A stretch of DNA of 64,000 nucleotides from Piromyces finnis finn (taxonomy: Eukaryota > Fungi > Neocallimastigomycota): positions 62,001 to 126,000 of the forward strand of contig MCFH01000032.1 in the NCBI GenBank assembly GCA_002104945.1. Reading direction: 5' to 3'. The notes under the pieces are model-generated. The model was not told the origin of the DNA, did no database searches, and saw only the letters and a list, made by a program, of their open reading frames with translations. Positions 26,708 to 39,800 of this stretch are shown piece after piece. The position numbers and the translations under genes are program-made. Each line of letters starts with the position of its first letter. Position 1 is the stretch's first letter.

Positions 26708-28935
26708 TTATGCTTCTGTTTCTTCTGGTCTAATGAAGAGCATAATCAAATTAAGAATAATAGCAAGACAAACAAGAGCAAAGATAATGTAAATACCCTT
26801 AGTATTATCTAATGGTTCACGGTTTGGATTTCTTGTAATCTTCATAGCTCTCTTATGATAGACAGATAAGGAATAGATCATGAATAATAAACCAACAAAG
26901 GTATATATAACAGAAGTAATACCGATAAAGTCAAACATAGTATGGGTGAATAATTTGTAACTGGTTTTTGAAACACCGTACATAATAAGAGAAAGTGAAC
27001 AACCAGCTAATAAAATACCAACATTCATATATTGTAAAAAGATTCTTTCATTAGCCATGTGAACCTTTGGTTCGACACGTGTTGGTCTCTTAATCTTTCT
27101 TTCCTTCTTTTTCATTTGACCAATCTTGATTTGAATTTCTGGATTGTTTTCTTCAAGAGTACTTGGATCAAATGGAAGGTATACCTTGGTTGGGGTATTT
27201 TCAATGACGGTTGGAACATGAATTGGTGAACGAATATCAATGTGCATTTGGTTGAACCAGTATGGATTACGTGGAATACGGTGTGGAATTAAAGTTGCAC
27301 AACCGTGACAGAATTTAGAGAATTTTGGAGTTTCTTCGACCAAGTGACTATTTTGAATTTCAGTAACCCAAGCTGGTGGTTCCTGACCAACGTGAGTTTG
27401 TAACTTAACTACAAATTGGTATTGTTTACATTAAAGTGGTGATAATAACAAGCAAAGGCATTGCATGTATATATGGAGGAAGAGTAGTGATAAAATATTT
27501 AAAGTTTTATAATAATCATTGAAAGATATTGTAGATTGGTGGTAGGGGATAGGTAGTGATAGTGACAAAATATTAAAAAATATATATATATTTAAAATCA
27601 TTGTTAAAAACCATCTAAATTTTATTGAAAAAAAAACTATACAAACGATATACTATATTCATATAATAAAGTTTATGTTTTACCTTCAAGAACGGCATAT
27701 GGGAAACGAACAATTTCGTTTTCCTTTAATTCTTCAAATGGCCAGTTAATACCGATATCAGTTCTACGCCAGTTACCCTTGGCTCTACCTTCATCTTCAC
27801 GAATAAAGGTTAATTCTGTATCTAAAGAAATACGTACTCTAGCATCATCTGGTAATTGGAAAGCAGTACGATTATAGAAAGTTCTCATGGTTGGAACTAA
27901 GCGTCTTTCCTTGATAGCCTTTTGGTATTCACGAGAAAGGGTTTCCATTTCAAGTAATTCCTTTTCAGTCTTTTTACCTTCAGCACGAAGTTGACGAATC
28001 TTGTTATCAAGAGTATATTGACCAGCGTTGAAAGCATTAACATTACTTTCATCCATAGCAAATCTTTGCTTTACACTGTTATCACCGGTCCAATCTTCGT
28101 GGTGAGTCTTACGTTCAGCAAAAATTTCCTTGTTATCAACATCACCGTACCAACGGTAACGAATAGCGATAGCTTGATCGGTCTTTAAAAGACGACCCAT
28201 ATATAAACCCATATTACTGTTATCGTAGTAAATAGAAGAAATAGCTGGGTTGTATTTTCTACCGTCCTTTGGCTTGAAAACGTTAATTGGAAGGTGACGA
28301 AGAATGAGAGCCTTTAATTCTGTAACGTAATCAGGGTGAACCCAATACTTGATAGACTTTCTAACAAAGTTTTGGTTACTTAACTTTTTCTTTTCCTTAT
28401 TTAAATCACCAGCATTACGAATCAAATTGTATATAATACTTAATTTGGTTAAAATATCATTAACAACAGTTTTATCTAAGAAAAGGTCAGCCCAAATTTG
28501 TTCCATAGTGTCACTAATTTTTATGTCTAAAACACCACTTTGGGATAAGGCAGCATTAATAGATTCCATTAATCTTCTATGAGAAGCGGTAAATTTTTCT
28601 AAAAGACATAAATCTAAAGTGACAGCTTCAACTTCATCTAACATATATTTCCAGTAATTTGGTCCAGATAAAATTTGACCATTTACTTCTACTCTTCTGT
28701 TATTTTCTTGTTGAACCATAGTTTCGTATTCACCAACAGCAGCATGTAATCTTTCTAATACTGCTTTTATAAAAGTAATTGGTTTACGAAAATGACTATG
28801 TAATTGTTTAAGAATATCTTGTGGTTGAGCAGCACGGCCATCGTAACCGATAGCTCTTTCTAAAGAATCTTGATCGGTATAATAAGATTCCCACTTGTTA
28901 ATCTTACAATATTCAAATTCTTTCATAAAAGGCAT
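26708..28935 (-). CDS. VTC4: Vacuolar transporter chaperone 4 (polyphosphate polymerase; SPX + VTC/CYTH + DUF202), 2 exons (28935-27684, 27408-26708)
   Basis: Motifs FVRKSIKYWVHP, ISSIYYDN, IRYRWYG, ERKTH, RTFYNRTAFQLPDDARVRISLDTEL, WRRTDIGINWPF, and after splicing (GAA G|GTAAAA at 27683; GTAG| at 27409) [23 protein letters not shown]...PKFSKF. C-terminal VEPKVHMANER plus three hydrophobic helices. Confidence 0.95.
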
Positions 28936-29029
28936 GTTGACTAAATTTTATATATATCTATAAATAAGTTGGTACTATTACCGATGTTTGAATAGAAACA
29001 AAATGAAAGAATGATTAAAAATTATTGTA

Positions 29030-29255
29030 ATAATGTTGAAAGCATGTTGAAACAAAGTTGGAAAATTTTGAAAAAATGTTGAAAGAGCGTTGAAATAATA
29101 ATGAAATAGTATTGAAAGAATGTTGAGAGAACGTTGAAATAATAATGAAATAGTATTGAAAGAATGTTAAAAATTATTGAAAGAACGTTGAAAAAATATT
29201 GAAATAATGTTTGAATGAATATTGAATGAACGTTTGAAATAATGTTGAAAGAATC
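29030..29255. repeat. Degenerate short-period tandem repeat (RTGTTGAAAGAA / TATTGAAATAA variants) upstream of VTC4
   Basis: TTGAAA/GTTGAA recurs every ~10-20 bp; the block CGTTGAAATAATAATGAAATAGTATTGAAAGAATGTT occurs twice. Confidence 0.65.
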
Positions 29256-29729
29256 AAAATAAATATAATTTTATAGTATTATTATATTGTTTTGTTTTTT
29301 TTAATAGCCATGTTATAATTTGATTTATAGTTGTTTAGAAATAAAATATAAAATATTATTCAATATAAAATAAATAGATTGTTGACAAAATTTAAAAACA
29401 TTTATATTGATTTCATATTTAATAATATTTTTATTAAAAGTGATTATTGTACAGAGTATTTGGTATAATAAATAATTTATAATAGAAAAAGTATTATTTA
29501 TTGAAATACAATATTTATATAATTTTTTTCATAAATAGAAATTGATAGAGTTGGTTGGTAGAGTAGGGTTAATGTTTACATTTTTAATAGTTGATTAGTT
29601 AATTATATATATATAAATAAATAATAAAAAAGATTAATAAATTTGCTTTTTTTATTCATTTTTAGATGAATCTTTTTCTTTTTTCTAAACATTCAAAAAG
29701 CATAGAGATTACTTTTTAAATGTTTATTC

Positions 29730-29730
<1 letters not shown>

Positions 29731-29803
<73 letters not shown>
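29731..29803. repeat. (ATT)n microsatellite, ~24 units
   Basis: Uninterrupted ATT run visible directly. Confidence 0.95.
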
Positions 29804-29807
<4 letters not shown>

Positions 29808-32800
29808 TATTTCTATTCATGTTGTTGTTGTTATTATTATTTTTAATAGTATTGTAATACTATTTTTTTTTTATAAAAACATAAAACATTTATATATATA
29901 AAAAAGGTACATTACTTGTCAAAATAATATGATGATTGTTTATTTTTATTTATTTTTTACTTTTTATTTTTATTTTTTTTTACTCTTTTTTCCCCTTCCT
30001 TTCTTCCTTTTTCTTTACACACAAATATACTTTTTATAAAATTAAGTATTTTTTTTTTAAAATCTGATTGATTTTTGATGAATAAAAGTGTATAAATAAA
30101 AAACGAAAAAAAATAAAAAAATTAATTTTATTTTGAAAAAGATAAAAAAATTTCTGGAAAAAAAAAAATTTTTTTTTTTATATAAAATTAAAAATAATTA
30201 CGAAATTTTATTTTTAATTAATTTTTTTTTTTTTTTTGGCCAAACGATCAATACCACCACCAAGAAAAGAAGTGCTTCCATTCATGGCATCATTCATAGC
30301 ATCATTCATGGTATGATGAATACTAAAAGGAATGAATCAATGGTATGGTACTAAAAAGCATCAACGATTGATGATGGTTTATCAAGTTCTTTTACTTATC
30401 CTATTCATTCCCTATTATTTATTTATTCATTCATTCACTTAACCTTTTTATTTATTTATTCAATTATTTTAGGCATTCCCTAGTATTTATTTATTTATTT
30501 TATTATTGGTTCATTCATTCAATTATTTAGGCATTCAATTATATTTATTTATTTAATTTATTATTGGTTCATTCATTGATATTTTTTAGTATTATTAAGT
30601 TTTCTTAATTAATTAAATGATGAAGCATTATATAATAATTGCATAATCATTTATCAAAAAACCATTTAAACTTCGATTCATTTTAGGATGATACTCAAAA
30701 AAGAAATAGAAATTAATATATTATTAAGTATACTCTATTCAATTAAATAATAAATAAACTCTATTTATTAAATTATATTCAATTTATATTATAATTAAAT
30801 TTTATTGATGACATGATTTATTATTCTTGGAAAATGTTACCTCCTATCCTTTTATTATAAATTAAACTTTTTTCATACAAACTAAATACAATAATAAAAA
30901 ATTAAATGGCTATAATATTATTGTCATATATTATAATATATGGTAAATAGAGTATTTAATTGAACGATGTAAACCATGATAATAGCAATAATTAATATAT
31001 ATTATTTAATATATATTTATATTAAAATATATATTACAATCGATTGGATAAAAAATTAATTCATTAAACTTTTTAATTTAAAATCTTAAAAAATTAATAA
31101 TTAATTTTAATATATTATAATATATCGGTATTATATGGTGAGTAAATTTATTTCTGACATTTTTAATAGAGAAAAGTTTAATCAATAAATAAATTTAATG
31201 AATTAAAAATAGCTCAACCATGAATAATTTAATTTAGCGTATATAAATATATCAAAATACAATGTATTTTTATATATGAAATATTTAAATAAATTATATT
31301 AATAGCAATAAAATAATAATTAATTCTTTCTTATATAAAAATAAATGAATCCTTTGGGATTCAATTTTATAGTGTTGTTGTTGGTTGATAGGATTTCAAC
31401 TTGCCAGAAAAAAACTCATACCACTCCCTTTAACCACACCTTTCCTTTTTCATACCAGCATTTTTGGTTTTATCATTATAATGGCCCAGTTGTTTATACC
31501 ACCAATGGAAATTGTACTATTGAGATTGAATAAACTACGAAATGGTAAATGAATATTTTTTTTAACCTATCGTCTGGGAACACATCATCCTTTCCTTCTT
31601 TTTAGTATTTCCAAGCATGCCTAAGTATTATTCTAAAAAAAATTAAAGTTTAAAAAAATGACTTTAAATGATAAATTATTATTCATTTTTTGTCAATTTA
31701 AAAATTAATATAAATAAATAAAGTTTAAAGGATTGGTTTAAACTGCACGAAACCAACATTTGGCCATTCATTCATCCTTTTTATATGCTTTAGAAAGAAT
31801 ATCAAAAAAAAGTTTTATATTTCATTTTAATAATAAAATCCTTTACTTTTTTTTTTTTGTTTTATGCCTTTCTCTTTTCCTTTTAACAGCAGGTTAAAAC
31901 AGAGATGTCAAGTGTAGGAAAACGGTTGCTTTTTTTTTAAATTTTTTAATTTTTTTGATTTGCTTGTTTCTAATTTATTTAAAAATAGTAAAAACATTTT
32001 TAATTTATTTTTAATTTATATTTAATATAAATTGAGATTTTTAATATATTTTATATTTATTAAAGTTACGTCATGAAAAAATGTTTTTTTTTAGTTTTTT
32101 GACAAAAAAAAAAAAAAACACCAACAATTGACACACACACACACACATAATATAAAAAGTATCTTTCAACAAAGGGTGTTTAAAAGAAAAAAAGTTGGCA
32201 TAGAAATAAAATAGTATTTTTAAAGATTTGTTTATAAAATAGAATGACATAGTATGGATTTTTAATATTGATTTCTAATGGTAAAAAAAATGTTGAAATC
32301 AATATTACAAATTAAATTTGTAAAGAATCAAACTTTAATCATTAATAAAAGGTATATAAAAAAATGAAAATAGCAAAAAGTTTTAGCAAGCAATAAAACA
32401 ATATTATGAAAAAAAATAAAAGTTTAGCCAGGATATTGAATCTTTTTTTATAAAAAAAAATACTATAAAATAGCTTTTTTCATACTAATAATAATAATTG
32501 AATTATTGTTGTGGTTGTTGCTGTTGCTATTATTTCTTCCTTACCTTCTTTTTGCTACTTTATTATAAAAAATAAAAATGGCAATTTTTTTAATTTATTT
32601 TTCATGTCATCTTTTAAGGATGCCTTTTGTGTAATATTTAAAAAATGTGGCGCACTTTAATAATTAAGAGGCAAAAAAAAAAAAAAAAAGAACCAACCAA
32701 ACATTTTTTTCTGCCTACAATAAACAACAAAAATAAAACTTGTCAAAATGACACTTTTTGTCGTTACATGTAGTAGTAGAATAGTAGTAGAATAGTAGTG

Positions 32801-33618
32801 GAATAGTGGTTTAATGAAGACTTTTATGTTTTATCAATTCTCTTTGAATATTATTATTCTTAATAGCAAAAAAAAAACTTGCCTATTTTTCCCAAAAAAA
32901 AACAATTTTTTATTAAAAATATTCATTATTTGGAGACAATTTTTTTTTACTTACCAATAAAACAATAGGTTAAAAATTTTGAAAATGAAAAAGGACACTT
33001 TTTGAAAGAAAGAAAGAAAAGGAGTGATGGTTATTACGAAAATAGCTAAATCCGATATAGTAAGGTTAAAAGGTTAAAAAAAATGATAATGATGATAACA
33101 ATTATTAATATTAATGAATTTGTTATTTCATCACTCAACCTTTACTACTACTAAATCTACCAAATAATAATGAAAAAAAAAGAGTATTGTTAAAAAATTA
33201 GTATGATCAAATCTATTCAATATTTTTCTTTCTCAATAAACATTATAAAAAAAAATACTTTTTTAACACAAAATAAATTTTTATTATGTTATGTTAAAGA
33301 TGTTTTTGTTGTTATAATAATATATATGTTATGGTATTATAGTATTATGAATAATGTTACAATGATATATTATCTATACTTAGATTTTTGTTATTATTAT
33401 ATAATAAACATATTATAGTGTTAATAATGTGCTTTATATTAATCGATATCATTATAATAATATAATAATGTAATATTATAAGGTTCATGTAGAAATAGAT
33501 ATAATTTTATTATAATAATAGGATTAAGTCACACTATTATCCGTTATGATCTTATTATGATAATGATGCTATATTACTTGATTATTATTTATTCTTATTT
33601 ATTACTATTACTGTTATT

Positions 33619-34281
33619 GATTCTTTGATGAATAACATTCAACTAGGTGTAAAAATAGTATAGATCCTTTGATGAATAACATATTTTATAGTGTGATATA
33701 TTATTAGTCAACTAGATGTAAAAATAGTATAGATCCTTTGATGAAAAACATATTTTATAGTGTGATATATTATTAGGTGTAAAAATAGTATAGGATCCTT
33801 TGATGAATAACATATTTTATAGTGTGATATATTATTAGGTGTAAAAATAGTATAGATCCTTTGATGAAAAACATATTTTATAGTGTGATATATTATTAGG
33901 TGTAAAAATAGTATAGATCCTTTGATGAATAACATATTTTATAGTGTGATATATTATTAGGTGTAAAAATAGTATAGATCCTTTGATGAATAACATATTT
34001 TATAGTGTGATATATTATTAGGTGTAAAAATAGTATAGATCCTTTGATGAATAACATATTTTATAGTGTGATATATTATTAGGTGTAAAAATAGTATAGA
34101 TCCTTTGATGAATAACATATTTTATAGTGTGATATATTATTAGGTGTAAAAATAGTATAGATCCTTTGATGAATAACATATTTTATAGTGTGATATATTA
34201 TTAGGTGTAAAAATAGTATAGATCCTTTGATGAATAACATATTTTATAGTGTGGTATATTATTAGGTGTAAAAATAGTATA
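33619..34281. repeat. Homogeneous 61-bp minisatellite, 10 full copies plus a truncated 5' copy
   Basis: Unit TAGATCCTTTGATGAATAACATATTTTATAGTGTGATATATTATTAGGTGTAAAAATAGTA. GATCC occurs at 33663, 33732, 33794, 33855, 33916, 33977, 34038, 34099, 34160 and 34221. There are only a few variants and no unique spacers. Confidence 0.97.
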
Positions 34282-36820
34282 AATTTTCTATAAATCATAT
34301 CTATCCGTTAGTCGTGTTGAAAGTTACATATTATTATATCATCCTATATCATCATCCTATACCTAATTAATATCTTTGTCCATAGTTGAATTCTATTATT
34401 AAAAAGGTATAATGTTATTTAAAAGAGTCATAATTTTATCCATTTGTTAATAACTAATTTTAGAAAAATTACTTGATTATTACCGTATCACCATAACCAC
34501 CATCACTATAGACGTTTAAATTTCTAAATAATAATTATTATAAATAAAATAAAGATGCTGATATTACACTAACTATCGATAAATCAATGGGAATAAATTA
34601 AAGAAAATCTTTATAAATATCATTAATACGCGTATAAAGTCAATGGCCTTTTATTAAAAGTTTTTACAGCAACTCATTCTACATTTTACATTATTAATTT
34701 AATTACATTACATTAAATAATTTTATTAAAATTTTCATATGATTTTTTTATTTAATTTTTATTAATTCAGCTATATTCCACAAAATGACTAGATGTATTA
34801 TCAGTAATTATTAGTATAAATTAGAGACCTGTACGAAATATCCTTTTATAACTAAACTATAAGAAATATTATTAATTATTATTAAACATTATTATTATTA
34901 ATGAAATATATGTTCAACATTTTTATTATTTATTAATATACCTTCAAGATACATTTATTATTGTTACTGCCTTTTTTTTTTTTTTTTTTGATTTATCTGT
35001 CCTATAAAAATTAAAGATTTATCCTTTTTCTTTTATCATTTATTGATTTAAAATTATACATTTATTTATATTTATTTATCATTCATTTATTTATAAATAG
35101 ACATTTATTTATTTCTATTTTATTTATTCATTGATTTATGAGTACACATTTATTTATATTTATAGGATACATTCATTGATTTATAAAAGATTATCATAAT
35201 AATCCTTTTTTATCTTTTCCACATTTATGTACATTAATATACATTAACGTATATTTATGTACAATATTTATCCTTTTATATACTATTATAACGTAATGTA
35301 ATGTATTTAATTTAAAGATTTTTAACTTGGTCCAATACCTGAAGGGTTTTCTGAAAAAGGTGGTATGATTTTTTTCTTCCAAATGGAATTAAATAATTCA
35401 ATAGAATAGATTATAATGTAATATATTATTTTCATATATTATTTAATTAAGATGTTAATTTGTTTTAATAATTGCGAAATCAATGGAAAAAAAGGAAAAT
35501 GTTGAAGTTTTACGAATGAAATGGAAAAAAAAATTAAAAAATTAAATTTAATTTTTTATTATTAATATTCTTTAAATACCTGGTTAGGTCAACCACATTT
35601 TTTTTAGGTAAGGCAGAGGACAACCACATTTCATTTATTTAAAAAAGAATTAAAAAATTTATTAAATAAAATTTTATTTTTTTTTTTTATTGCCTTTCAT
35701 TTTATAAATCGTAAAAGTAAGCATTTATGTAAATAATCTTTTTTTTAAAAAAAAAAAAAAAAAAATTAATAATAATAATATAAAATAAAGTGAAAAAAAA
35801 AAAAAAAGACATTTAATCAATTGAAATGAAAGAAATTTGTGTATAAAAACTCTAAAGTCAATAAATGAAATATTAATAAATATTAATTGAAATTAACAAG
35901 AATTCTTATTTAGCCATTTAAAATTTTTAATAAAATAAATCCATATACAAAAAAATAATAACAATCAAAACTGTAAGCTTTTTCATTTATTTGTATAATG
36001 TATTATATTATATTATATTTTTATTTATATATTGCTTATTCTTTATAATGGTTAATTTGGTAAAAGTAGATATATTAAAAAAAAAAAAAGAATTAAATTA
36101 AAACATCAAAAATACTATTAATGAACATTTTTTTTTTTTTTCAAAAAAAAAAAACTTTATTAAAATAAAGAAATATAAAGATTAACCCTTTTTATTATCT
36201 TATAATTATAAAACTTTTATTATTCATTATTAAATTTGTAAATGTAAAATATTAATAAAAAATAATCTGAAATAATCTTAATAAACTTTTAGATTGTTTT
36301 CTTTTTATATATAAAAAGAGAATATAAATCTTTTCAATCTTAAAATATATTATATTTAAATATATTGTTTTTATCAATAATATATCAATCTTTTTAAAAT
36401 TCATATCCTAAAATATATTGAATTAGTTTTATCAATATAAAAAATATTTAAATAATATTTTCATTTATTTTCATTTATTAATTATTCTTTTTTTTTAATT
36501 TTATATAACACATTATTATCATGTAATATATATTTATATAGAAATTAAAAAAATATATGAAAAAAGTTATGGAATAAAGTTAATATGATATTTTGATAAT
36601 CAAAATTTAAAATTTCAAAATTTCAAAAAAATAAAAAAAAATAAAAGAAAACAAAATATTAAATAAACGACAAATTTCAAATTCCATCTCAATAAAATAA
36701 AATAAAATATCACTATTTTATTATAAAAGAAAAATAGTTAAAACAAAACAAAAAATATAAAAATCTGTATAGTCTTTTTTTTAGTAAAAAAAAAAAAAAA
36801 AGGAAATAAAATTTAAAAAA

Positions 36821-39800
36821 ATGAATATGCTATATTTTGACGATATGCCACTGGATTGGCAATTATCAATGCTAAATAATTCACAAGATGGGGAAAATAA
36901 TGTAAATTTATCATCACTTCAACAAAATCAAAATAATTCACAAAATCAGCCTTCAAAAGAAGAAGCTACGAATTATAAAATGATCGATAATCAACTAAAC
37001 AATTTTTTATTAAATATGGATTTAAAAATGACGGATAATCAATTGGAACATTTCTTATCTAATATGGATCAACCGTTAGTGAATCCTTACCCTCAAGAAC
37101 ATATCGATAATACAACTCAAGGTTTAACATTTCCACCTACAACGATAGTACCTCCTCAATTTTTAGATGCCTCTACACCCGTATCGCATACCAATAATGT
37201 GTTGACAAGAATGAATCATTTACCTGATTTGAATAATATAAATCATACAGAGGTGGCTGTACCTTTATCATCATCGATGAAGCTTGAAACAGAAATACCT
37301 ATCAATTATATCCATGAGCATCATCATCAACAACAACAGCAGCAGCAGCAGCAACAACAACAATTGTTACAACAATTACTTCATCATAAATTAAATTCGA
37401 TACCAGCAGGTACAGATTTGAATTCTGTCAACTATGCATCCCTCATCTACAATAATAATTTGATAAATAATACTAGCCATGATACTGCCATTGGTGGTGA
37501 TGCTTCTGTCGGTGTGAAAAGAAAAGAATCGATACCCGATGTCCCTCTTCTAAACCCAAATACAAATAAAAAAATGAAAAAAATACCTGAAGGATTGGCA
37601 ATGACTCAACCCTCACACCCATATGTCCTACCAACGACAGAGGTTGCCTCATCCACTTCAAATACCATCTCAACTCCTCATCCAAATATGGATTTACATG
37701 TAAATAACTATCCTAATAATTTACAACAAATACCATCCACTTCCCTTCATCAAAATCATGGACTATTTCAATATTTAAATGATATTAAAAATAAAGAAAA
37801 TCCTACCACCACCCCCAACAGTGCCTCACTCCCCACAGCTATCAATTCAAATGTAGATATGAATAATATTTTAAGCACCCTCATTGCAAATTCTCATCAA
37901 AATATGAATTCAGTGATGGCATCCCAAGATACTTTAAATAGAATACCAGAAACAACAGCTGCTGCCACTTCCTCACAACGAAAGAACGGTATTTTACCAA
38001 CCTTAAATACACCTAATAAAGCTGAATCTGATTACTTACACCTCCTTAATACCACCACCCAATCAAAAAAAGGAAAAACGAAAGAAAAAGAGTCAAAAAC
38101 AACGCTTGTGTCACCAAATCTAATTCATATGCCAGCACCGCTCAGTCAACCTTCTGTTCAATCTCAAGAACTACATCAAACAACATCATCTCAATGTCAA
38201 TCCTTTATTCCAGTAACAACCACCTTACCATCCCCAACAGAGGGTCAACCCATGACGGCACATCCAGCATCATCAATAAAATCCCCATTAATTCAGGATG
38301 TCTCAAAAGGTGATGGTAAGGAAGGTAATATCACAGATACCACCACCACATTATTAAGAAAAATTAAAATTGAAGAGTCTGGGTCAAAAAGCAAAAACGC
38401 TATTCACGATGTCACAGGAAAAGCAAAAACTTCACCTACCTCTGTGACCTCCACTGTAACCAATCCACCCCCAAACTACCTATTAAATGCTAATACACCT
38501 ACACCATCTTCGTCTACGCTACCTACAAGTTCCACATCAAATACAAAATTAAACAATGTCAGTTGGGTTAAAACCCAGGAAAAGGGGGAAATGAAAATGG
38601 CTATTTCGAGATTAAAAGTCAAAGATCCTGTTGTTCCTGCCATTCCATTACAAGTCATTAAACATCAAAAAAAGGTAGCCCATAACGCCATTGAACGTCG
38701 GTACAGAAATAATATTAATGATCGTATCAAACAGCTTCAAGATGTTATCCCGGCCCTTCAATACACCAAAAATATTAAAGAAAAAGAAAAGAGTCAAAAG
38801 GAAAAAGGTGGTGGTGATGATGACGTGGTCAAGATTGATGAATCCTTAATTATTGATGGTATCCCAGCAGCTAGAAAATTAAATAAAGCCACTGTATTAA
38901 AATCAGCAACAGATTATATTGTTCACTTGAAAAAGACGAGTACAAATCTAAAGGAAGAAAATAAACGTCTTTTAGACTTTATTAAAAAGATGGGTGGAGA
39001 AGAAATGGTGAATCAATTTGCTGTGGAAAATAGTGATCTCTATGAAGATAAAAATACACAAGAAAATGCCCAGGGAACCTCCACAGCCAAAGAAAAGGAT
39101 AAAAAGAAGGAAAAAGGTAAAAAAGCAAAACAAACGAAACCTGTCCAAGAAGCCAGTCCACCTCATATATATTCTTCGGATTCTCCTTCTCCAACGCATA
39201 TCAATTCATCTTCTTCTGCCTCCTCGACTTCAAATGAAGAGGACACTACCATGTTGGAAGTTCTTGCTGGTGAAAGAGAAAATCAACAAAATAATATAAA
39301 CTTTAATTCTAATTCAACATTTACTACCATGATGGCTTCCTTACTTTTGTTCACCGTAGGATTATTTGAATACGGTTCCTATCTTAATAATACTACCGAT
39401 ACCCTACATCAATACGAAAATTATGATGTGGGTAGTCAAGGTAAAATTTTATCGGCAAGATCCGATGAACCTTGGGTTAAGCCATCATCCCCTGTATCAC
39501 AATCCTTTTATCAATATCTCAAGTCAAAACTTGTTAGAATGGATGAGTATGTTTTTTTTTTTTTATAGATATAAAACTATAGACACAAATCTATAGTCAA
39601 AAACCTATAGTCATAAACCTATAGTCAAAAACCTATAGGCATAAATCTATAGTCAAAAACCTATAGGCATAAATCTATAGTCAAAAACCTATAGGCATAA
39701 ATCTATAGGCATAAATCTATAGGCATAATTGTTATAGTTTTAAAAAAATAAACATAATTTATTAATATTTTTTAAAAGGACATATTCTAATCTTTTATTT

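Noticed and set aside
31345-31533. Possible fungal dockerin fragment (NGPVVYTTNGN)
   Set aside because: It lacks the dockerin Cys/Trp pattern (CC...WG.EN..WC); the resemblance is only a few residues.
33708-33935. 75-aa ORF with internal repeat
   Set aside because: It is a translation of the 61-bp minisatellite.
33619-34281. CRISPR-like array
   Set aside because: The units are contiguous 61-bp near-identical repeats with no unique spacers, no cas genes and a eukaryotic context.
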